Part shown: positions 17,722-24,000 of the stretch, one piece after another | How the letters are laid out: each line of letters opens with the position of its first letter | How positions within the stretch are numbered: position 1 is the stretch's first letter | Assembly (NCBI GenBank): GCA_040385305.1 | Contig: JAZKHR010000022.1 | Coordinates: 1 to 24,000 of the forward strand | DNA from: Pseudomonadota bacterium | Lineage (GTDB): Bacteria > Pseudomonadota > Gammaproteobacteria > Xanthomonadales > Xanthomonadaceae | Length of the DNA: 24,000 nt | Direction of reading: 5' to 3' | The notes under the pieces: model-generated | Told to the model about the DNA's origin: nothing | The model's input: the letters and a program-made list of their open reading frames with translations, nothing else | Database searches by the model: none | Program-made: the position numbers and the translations under genes

Positions 17722-17753
17722 CCCGAGGTTGCCACGCACCCACGGAGACCGCG

Positions 17754-18311
17754 ATGCTGAACGAGATCAAGAAAGACGCCCAGTCCCGCATGGGCAAGAG
17801 CATCGAGGCCCTTCGCCACGCCCTGATCAAGCTGCGCACCGGGCGCGCCAACGCGGCCATCGTCGACCACCTCAAGGTCAGCTATTACGGTGCGGACATG
17901 CCGCTGTCGCAGGTCGCCAGCGTTGCCATCACCGACGCGCGCACCATCACCATCACCCCGTGGGAAAAGCAGATGGTGGGCCCGGTGGAGAAAGCCATCC
18001 TCGGCTCCGACCTAGGCCTGACCCCGACCACCGCCGGCACCGTGATTCGCCTCAACATCCCGGCCCTGACCGAAGAGCGCCGCCGCGACCTCACCAAGGT
18101 CCTGCACAGCGAAGGTGAGGACGCCAAGGTGGCGATCCGCAACATCCGCCGCGACGCCAACCACCAGGTCAAGGAACTGCTGAAGGACAAGCAGATCACC
18201 GAAGACGAGTCCAGCCGCACCGAGGCCGAGATCCAGAAACTCACCGACGGCGCGATCAAGGACGTGGACGACGTGGTCAAGGCCAAGGAAGCCGAGTTGA
18301 TGGCGGTCTGA
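17754..18311 (+). CDS. frr: Ribosome recycling factor
   Basis: MLNEIKKDAQSRMGKSIEALRHALIKLRTGRANAAIVDHLKVSYYG...LNIPALTEERRRDL is canonical RRF. The product is 185 aa. GGAGA lies upstream of the ATG. Confidence 0.96.
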   Translation: MLNEIKKDAQSRMGKSIEALRHALIKLRTGRANAAIVDHLKVSYYGADMPLSQVASVAITDARTITITPWEKQMVGPVEKAILGSDLGLTPTTAGTVIRLNIPALTEERRRDLTKVLHSEGEDAKVAIRNIRRDANHQVKELLKDKQITEDESSRTEAEIQKLTDGAIKDVDDVVKAKEAELMAV

Positions 18312-18346
18312 GCGTCTCCCGGCATGGATCGGCCGATGCGCCCGAC

Positions 18347-19099
18347 GTGAGCAGCCAGGCTTCGCGCATTCCGCGGCACGTGGCCATCATCATGGATGGC
18401 AATGGCCGCTGGGCCCAGCAGCGCCACCGCCCGCGCATCATCGGCCACCGCGCCGGCGCGCGCGCGGTGCGCACCTGCGTCGAGTTCTGCCTGGAACACG
18501 GCATGGAGGCCCTGACCCTCTTCGCGTTCTCCAGCGAGAACTGGAACCGTCCGCAGGAGGAGGTGGGCGGGCTGATGAAGCTGTTCCTCGGCGCCCTGGA
18601 ACGCGAGGTCGATGAACTGCACCGGCTCGGCGCGCGCCTGCGCTTCATCGGCGAGCGCGATCGCTTCGACCCGGCCCTGCTGGCGCGGATGCAGGCCGCG
18701 GAAACGCTGACCGCGGGCAACCGCCGGCTGACCCTGGCCATCGCCGCCAGCTACGGCGGGCGCCAGGACATCGCGCACGCGGCGCGCTCGCTGGCGGAGG
18801 ACGTTGCCGCCGGCCGCCTGCGTCCCGAGCAGGTGGACGAGGCGATGCTCGCATCGCGCATGGCCCTGTCCGACCTGCCCGAGCCGGACTTGTTCATCCG
18901 CACCGGCGGCGAACTGCGGATCAGCAATTTCCTGCTGTGGCAGATGGCCTACACGGAGTTGTGGTTCACCGAAACATTGTGGCCGGACGTGGATGCGGCG
19001 ACACTGCAGCGCGCGCTGGACGATTACGCCGGCCGCGAACGCCGATTTGGCCTGACTGGCGCGCAAGTCGCCGCCACCGCTCCGGGGAATCCGTCATGA
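18347..19099 (+). CDS. uppS: Undecaprenyl diphosphate synthase (cis-prenyltransferase)
   Basis: RHVAIIMDGNGRWA, FAFSSENWNRP and RTGGELRISNFLLWQMAYTELWF are present. It apparently starts at GTG 18347, since no in-frame ATG lies upstream. The product is 250 aa. Confidence 0.93.
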   Translation: MSSQASRIPRHVAIIMDGNGRWAQQRHRPRIIGHRAGARAVRTCVEFCLEHGMEALTLFAFSSENWNRPQEEVGGLMKLFLGALEREVDELHRLGARLRFIGERDRFDPALLARMQAAETLTAGNRRLTLAIAASYGGRQDIAHAARSLAEDVAAGRLRPEQVDEAMLASRMALSDLPEPDLFIRTGGELRISNFLLWQMAYTELWFTETLWPDVDAATLQRALDDYAGRERRFGLTGAQVAATAPGNPS

Positions 19100-19109
19100 A
19101 GGGCCGGGA

Positions 19110-19961
19110 ATGACCAAAACGCGCCTGCTGGCCGCGCTGATCATGGCGCCCATCGCCATCCTGTCCGTCCTGTTCGTATCCACCCCGGTGCTGGCCGCGC
19201 TCAGCGCCCTGCTGTTCCTGGCCGCGCTGTGGGAATGGTTGAAGCTGGCCGATGTCGAGGACACCCTGGCCCGCACCATCCTGCTGGCCTGCAACCTGGC
19301 GCTGATGGTCGCCCTGGTGTGGGGCTCGCGTACCGCCATCGGCGGGTCGTTCGCGCTGCTGCAGCTGGTGATCGTGATCGGCGTGGCCTGGTGGTTGCTG
19401 TCGATCCTGTGGATGCGGCACTACCACTTCGCTTCCGACCACGACAGCCACGCGCGCGCATTCAAGCTCGCCGCCGGAACCCTTGCCGTGGTCCCGGCGT
19501 GGTGCGCCCTGGGGTTCATCCATGCCAGCCAGCCGGACGGCCACAAGTGGCTGCTGCTGGCGCTGTTCCTGGTCTGGGCGGCGGACACCGGCGCTTACTT
19601 CGCAGGCCGGAAATTCGGCGGCAAGCTGTTCGGCGGGCGCAAGCTGGCGCCGCGGATCAGCCCCAACAAGACCATCGAGGGCCTGCTCGGCGGCATGCTG
19701 CTCGCGTTGGCGGTGGCCATCGCTGGCGCGCTGCTGATCGGCGCAAGCGTGGCGCAGCTGCCGGCGATCGGCGCGGTGGCGCTGGTCACCGTGGTGTTCT
19801 CGGTGGTCGGCGACCTGTTCGAAAGCATGCTCAAGCGCCACGTCGGCGCCAAGGATTCGGGCGACCTGATTCCCGGCCACGGTGGCGTGCTGGATCGCAT
19901 CGACAGCGTGCTCGCCGCGTTGCCGGTGTTCGCCCTCGGCAAGGCATGGCTGGGATTCTAG
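19110..19961 (+). CDS. cdsA: Phosphatidate cytidylyltransferase (CDP-diglyceride synthase)
   Basis: It is a multi-TM protein with the CdsA signature [28 protein letters not shown]. The product is 283 aa and occupies the conserved position after uppS. Confidence 0.93.
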   Translation: MTKTRLLAALIMAPIAILSVLFVSTPVLAALSALLFLAALWEWLKLADVEDTLARTILLACNLALMVALVWGSRTAIGGSFALLQLVIVIGVAWWLLSILWMRHYHFASDHDSHARAFKLAAGTLAVVPAWCALGFIHASQPDGHKWLLLALFLVWAADTGAYFAGRKFGGKLFGGRKLAPRISPNKTIEGLLGGMLLALAVAIAGALLIGASVAQLPAIGAVALVTVVFSVVGDLFESMLKRHVGAKDSGDLIPGHGGVLDRIDSVLAALPVFALGKAWLGF

Positions 19962-19972
19962 GCGCGGTGCAC

Positions 19973-21166
19973 ATGCAACGCGTCGCAGTCCTCGGAGCCA
20001 CCGGCTCGATCGGCGCGTCAGCGCTGGACGTGATCGCGCGGCATCCTGACCGCCTGCGGGCCCACGTGCTGGCTGCCGGCAGCCAAGTCGAGGCGCTGGT
20101 CGAACTGTGCCGCCAGCACGCGCCGCGGCATGCGGTGGTCGCCGACCCGTCCGGTTTCCCAGCCCTGCGCGATGGCCTGGCCCAGGCGGGACTCGACACC
20201 CAGCCGCACGCCGGCGCCGATGCGCTGGACGAACTGGTGTCAGGCGATGCCTGCGACACCGTGGTTGCCGCCATCGTCGGTGCTGCCGGGCTGGCTTCCA
20301 CGCTGGCTGCCGCCCGCGCCGGCAAGCGACTGTTGCTGGCCAACAAGGAATCGATGGTGCTGGCCGGCGAGCTGCTGATGCGGGCCGCGCAGGCCGGTGG
20401 CGCCGTCGTGGTGCCGATCGACAGCGAACACAATGCGATTCACCAATGCCTGGCCGGCTGCGACGACCGCGCCGCGCTGGCGCGGATCACCCTTACCGCG
20501 TCCGGCGGACCGTTCCGGGGCCACGACCGGGCCGCCTTGGCCGAGGTCACCCCTGCGCAAGCCGTGGCCCACCCCAAGTGGTCGATGGGACCGAAGATCT
20601 CGGTGGATTCCGCGACCCTGATGAACAAGGGCCTCGAGGTCATCGAAGCCCACCACCTGTTCGGCCTGCCCGGCGAGCGCATCGGTGTGCTGGTGCATCC
20701 GCAATCGCTGGTGCATTCGCTGGTGGATTTCATCGATGGCAGCACCCTTGCCCAGCTCGGCCTGCCGGACATGCGCACGGCGCTGGCAGTCGGCTTCGGC
20801 TGGCCGGGGCGGATTTCCTCCGGAGTGGCACCGCTGGACCTGCTGGCCCAGGGCGGACGACTGGAGTTCGAGGCGCCCGACGTCGATGCCTTCCCTTGCC
20901 TCGCCCTCGCGTATCGCGCGCTTGACGCAGGCGGCACCGTCCCCGCCATGCTCAATGCGGCCAACGAAGAGGCCGTTTCAGCCTTTCTTCAGGGGCGCAT
21001 AGGCTTCCTGTCCATCCCCGACACCGTCGCAGCCACCCTGGACGCGTTGCCCGCGCAGCCCGCCGAATCGATCGAGGCGCTGCTTGAGGCCGACGGCCGC
21101 GCGCGTCGGCTTGCCCGGGAACGTATCGCCTCCCTCGCCTCCGCACGGACCCGCACCCTCGCATGA
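19973..21166 (+). CDS. dxr: 1-deoxy-D-xylulose 5-phosphate reductoisomerase
   Basis: [20 protein letters not shown] (NADPH-binding GxTGSIG), [22 protein letters not shown] and [27 protein letters not shown] are present. The product is 397 aa from ATG 19973 (GTG 19967 is also possible). The 19229 start in the ORF track runs through cdsA in another frame. Confidence 0.94.
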   Translation: MQRVAVLGATGSIGASALDVIARHPDRLRAHVLAAGSQVEALVELCRQHAPRHAVVADPSGFPALRDGLAQAGLDTQPHAGADALDELVSGDACDTVVAAIVGAAGLASTLAAARAGKRLLLANKESMVLAGELLMRAAQAGGAVVVPIDSEHNAIHQCLAGCDDRAALARITLTASGGPFRGHDRAALAEVTPAQAVAHPKWSMGPKISVDSATLMNKGLEVIEAHHLFGLPGERIGVLVHPQSLVHSLVDFIDGSTLAQLGLPDMRTALAVGFGWPGRISSGVAPLDLLAQGGRLEFEAPDVDAFPCLALAYRALDAGGTVPAMLNAANEEAVSAFLQGRIGFLSIPDTVAATLDALPAQPAESIEALLEADGRARRLARERIASLASARTRTLA

Positions 21167-22518
21167 GCACGTTCCTCGGATCGCTGTGGTGGATGCTGGT
21201 CGCGCTCGGCGTGCTGGTGACCTTCCACGAATTCGGCCACTTCTGGGTCGCGCGCCGCTGCGGCGTCAGGGTCCAGCGGTTCTCGGTGGGCTTCGGGCGC
21301 GCCCTGTGGTCGCGGCGCGGCAAGGACGGCACCGAGTACGTGCTGGCCGCCCTGCCACTCGGCGGCTACGTGAAGATGCTGGACGAGCGCGAGGGCGACG
21401 TCGCTCCCGCGGACGCGCCTTTCGCCTTCAACCGGCAATCGGTATGGAAGCGCATCGCGATCGTGGCCGCCGGTCCGCTGGCCAACATTTTGCTGGCCAT
21501 CGCCCTGCTCTGGGCGATGCTGGTGGTGGGGCGACCCGACTACGCCCCGGTGGTCGGCAAGGCCCAGGGGATTGCCGAACAGGCCGGCCTGCAGGCGGGC
21601 GACATCATCCAGTCGGTCGGTGGCCGCGACACCCCCACCTGGAGCGAGGCGGCGATGGCCTTGAGCGTGGCCGCGCTGGATCGTCAGCCGGTGGAACTGC
21701 AGGTGCGGCGCGCCGATGGCAGCGCGCAATCCCGCACGTTGCCGTTCCAGCGCATGCCGGCGGAATTCGACGAAACCCGCGCACTCGAGGCAGCGGGCCT
21801 GACCCCGCGGCATTTCCTGCTGCCACCGGTCGTTGGCAAGGTCAGCGAGGGCCTCCCGGCCTGGGGCGTGCTGGCCGAAGGGGACCGCATCACCGCCATC
21901 GATGCCGCGCCGGTGGCCAGCTTCGACCAGATCGCACCACTGGTGCAGGCGTTGGGCGAACGCGGCGGGTCCGGCATGGTCGAGGTCCTGCGCGATGGCG
22001 AGCGGCTGGCGCTGGAACTCACGCCGCTGCAGCGCGAGAACCCGGACGGCAGCCGGAGCTGGCTGCTGGGTGTGGGTAATGGCGCCAGCCAGCCCCCCGT
22101 GCACGATGCGGTACTGCGCTACAACCCCCTGGCGGCGCTCCCGGCGGCGGTATCCCAAGCCTGGCAGTTGGGCTCCGATTCAGTCGGAATGCTCTGGCGG
22201 ATGCTGAATGGCAGCGCCTCGGTGCAGAATGTGTCCGGCCCGATCACCATCGCGCAGTACGCCAATGCGTCCGCGCAGCTGGGCTTGGCCTGGTTCCTGA
22301 ACTTCCTTGCCCTGCTCTCGGTCAGTCTGGCGATCATCAACCTCCTGCCCGTTCCCGTCTTGGACGGGGGTCACCTGCTGTATTACCTTATCGAACTGGC
22401 CACGGGCCGCCCGCTGGGCGAACGCGCCATGGCCGTTGGCCAGTACCTCGGCCTCGCGTTCATCGCGGGGCTGATGGGACTGGCCTTCTACAACGACATC
22501 CTGCACCTGGTGTCGTGA
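21163..22518 (+). CDS. rseP: RIP zinc metalloprotease RseP (site-2 protease)
   Basis: [11 protein letters not shown] (HExxH), a central PDZ-like region ([13 protein letters not shown]) and the C-terminal [12 protein letters not shown] motif are present. The ATG overlaps the dxr stop (ATGA). The product is 451 aa. Confidence 0.93.
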   Translation: MSTFLGSLWWMLVALGVLVTFHEFGHFWVARRCGVRVQRFSVGFGRALWSRRGKDGTEYVLAALPLGGYVKMLDEREGDVAPADAPFAFNRQSVWKRIAIVAAGPLANILLAIALLWAMLVVGRPDYAPVVGKAQGIAEQAGLQAGDIIQSVGGRDTPTWSEAAMALSVAALDRQPVELQVRRADGSAQSRTLPFQRMPAEFDETRALEAAGLTPRHFLLPPVVGKVSEGLPAWGVLAEGDRITAIDAAPVASFDQIAPLVQALGERGGSGMVEVLRDGERLALELTPLQRENPDGSRSWLLGVGNGASQPPVHDAVLRYNPLAALPAAVSQAWQLGSDSVGMLWRMLNGSASVQNVSGPITIAQYANASAQLGLAWFLNFLALLSVSLAIINLLPVPVLDGGHLLYYLIELATGRPLGERAMAVGQYLGLAFIAGLMGLAFYNDILHLVS

Positions 22519-22588
22519 CGCGCCGCTCCCCCACCGCTGGCGCCGCCGGCAACCCGCCACGCACCTCGCTTCGCAACAGGATGTCCGC

Positions 22589-24000
22589 ATGACCCGATCC
22601 ATGTCCCGCCGCCTGCTCACCCTTGCCCTGGCCTCGGCGCTTTCGCTGCCGGCGTGGGCGCAGACGGCGTTCGCCCCGTTCACGGTCAGTGATATCCGCA
22701 TCGACGGCCTGCAGCGCATCGGCGCGGGCACCGTGTTCACCTACCTGCCGGTCGAGCGCGGAGATACCGTCGACCAGGCTCGCGCCGCGGAGGCCCTGCG
22801 CGCGCTGTACAAGACCGGGTTCTTCGAGGACGTGAAGCTCGACCGCCAGGGCGGCATCCTGGTGATCACCGTGGTCGAGCGCCCGGCGATCAACAAGCTG
22901 ACCCTGGCCGGCAACAAGGACCTCAAGACCGAGGACCTCCTGAAGGGCCTCAAGGACATCGGCCTGGCCGAAGGCGAGACCTTCAACCGGCTGAACCTGG
23001 ACCGGGTGACCCAGGAACTCAACCGCCAGTACAACAACCGCGGCAAGTACGGGGTGGAGATCATCCCGAACATCGAACGGCTGGACCGCAACCGCGTCGA
23101 CGTGACCCTGAACATCAAGGAAGGCAAGGCGGCGAAGATCCGCCACATCAACCTGGTGGGCAACGAGACCTACCCCGAGGAAGACATCACCAAGAACTGG
23201 GAGTCCCGCACCAGCAGCTGGCTGAGCTGGTACAAGCGCGACGACCAGTACTCGCGCGAAAAGCTGTCCGGCGACATCGAAAAACTCAACGCCTGGTACC
23301 TGAACCGCGGGCACATCGATTTCAGCCTGGACTCGACCCAGGTGGCGATCAGTCCGGACAAGAAGGACATGTTCCTGACCGCCGGCATCTCCGAGGGCGA
23401 GGTCTACACCATCTCCAGCGTGACCGTGTCCGGCGACACCGTCCTGCCGAAGGAGGAGATCGAACAGATCGTGGCGTTCATCCAGCCAGGCAGCACGTTC
23501 TCGCGCGGCCTGCTGGAACTTGCCACGGATGCCATCACCGCGCGCCTTGGCAACATTGGCTACGCGTTCGCGCAGGTCAACCCGGTACCGCAGATCGACC
23601 GCGACAAGCGCACGGTGGGCGTGGACATGCAGGTGCAGCCAGGCCCGCGCGTCAACGTGCGTCGGATCGTGTTCAAGGGCAACACCCGCACCGCGGATTC
23701 GGTGCTGCGCCGCGAAATGCGCCAGTTCGAAGGCGCCTGGTTCTCGCAGGCGGCGATCGACCGCAGCAAGGTGCGCCTGTCGCGCCTCGGCTATTTCGAG
23801 GAAGTGAACGTCGAGAACGAGCCGGTCGCGGGCAGCGACGACCAGGTCGACGTGGTCTACACGGTCAAGGAAACCACCTCCGGAAGCATCTCGGCCGGCG
23901 TCGGGTACTCCCAGCTGTCTGGCGTGAACCTGTCGTTGCAGCTGTCGGAAAACAACTTCCTCGGCACCGGCAACCGGGTGTCGATGGCGGTCAACCGCAG
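22589..24000 (+). CDS. bamA: Outer membrane protein assembly factor BamA, N-terminal POTRA region (3' end lies outside the window)
   Basis: This ORF is absent from the ORF track because it has no stop within the window. By my own translation, ATG 22589 gives MTRSMSRRLLTLALASALSLPAWA|QTAFAPFTVSDIRIDGLQRIGAGTVFTYLPVERGDTV. That is a signal peptide followed by the POTRA1 signature, with further POTRA repeats up to the window edge (RRIVFKGNTRTADSVLRREMRQFEGAWF). ATG 22601 is an alternative start. Confidence 0.93.
   Translation, partial: MTRSMSRRLLTLALASALSLPAWAQTAFAPFTVSDIRIDGLQRIGAGTVFTYLPVERGDTVDQARAAEALRALYKTGFFEDVKLDRQGGILVITVVERPAINKLTLAGNKDLKTEDLLKGLKDIGLAEGETFNRLNLDRVTQELNRQYNNRGKYGVEIIPNIERLDRNRVDVTLNIKEGKAAKIRHINLVGNETYPEEDITKNWESRTSSWLSWYKRDDQYSREKLSGDIEKLNAWYLNRGHIDFSLDSTQVAISPDKKDMFLTAGISEGEVYTISSVTVSGDTVLPKEEIEQIVAFIQPGSTFSRGLLELATDAITARLGNIGYAFAQVNPVPQIDRDKRTVGVDMQVQPGPRVNVRRIVFKGNTRTADSVLRREMRQFEGAWFSQAAIDRSKVRLSRLGYFEEVNVENEPVAGSDDQVDVVYTVKETTSGSISAGVGYSQLSGVNLSLQLSENNFLGTGNRVSMAVNR

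Noticed and set aside
18328-18337. A 10-bp perfect palindrome ATCGGCCGAT in the frr-uppS spacer
   Set aside because: It is too short, has no loop for a hairpin and no U-tract. It is probably a chance GC-rich palindrome.
19229-19972. The upstream 248-aa extension of the dxr ORF (track start 19229) overlapping cdsA
   Set aside because: It is out of frame with the clearly coding cdsA and is Arg/Pro/Gly-rich. Canonical Dxr begins at [14 protein letters not shown] (ATG 19973).
17885-22158. Minus-strand ORFs of 393 aa (17885-19066), 304 aa (18966-19880) and 389 aa (20989-22158) antisense to frr/uppS, cdsA and rseP
   Set aside because: They lie opposite highly conserved housekeeping genes, are low in complexity and show no motifs.

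Overview
This is about 70% GC chromosomal DNA. Protein sequence style and gene order suggest a Xanthomonadales/Lysobacterales-like gammaproteobacterium, but no database search was possible. The backbone is the conserved translation/envelope array rpsB-tsf ... pyrH-frr-uppS-cdsA-dxr-rseP-bamA. The window edge truncates rpsB at its 5' end and bamA at its 3' end. Two insertions interrupt the array: a ~14.4 kb, 10-gene block between tsf and pyrH (1527-15908), and a single CDF metal-efflux gene between pyrH and frr. The block contains, in order: (a) a minus-strand 4-gene ligase-associated DNA-damage-response operon (MBL-fold exonuclease, ATP-dependent DNA ligase, Lhr-type DEXH helicase, PdeM metallophosphoesterase) in which every gene junction overlaps; (b) divergent from it, a 2-gene operon encoding a DNA-associated radical SAM protein and a DUF4130::family-4 UDG fusion whose glycosylase domain carries the UdgX-type GEQPG and KRRLH signatures; (c) a ferritin-like gene plus large-subunit catalase KatE; (d) an FAD-dependent oxidoreductase; (e) an orphan ABC1/UbiB-family kinase. 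The most interesting item is the back-to-back pairing of the functionally unassigned radical-SAM/UdgX-like module with the nuclease-helicase-ligase operon. All component protein families are already catalogued, so I claim no new family. What remains open is their function and whether they work together. I saw no tRNA, rRNA, CRISPR array, transposase, integrase or long repeat. Many long ORFs in the supplied track are antisense or out-of-frame shadow ORFs typical of high-GC DNA and were rejected.
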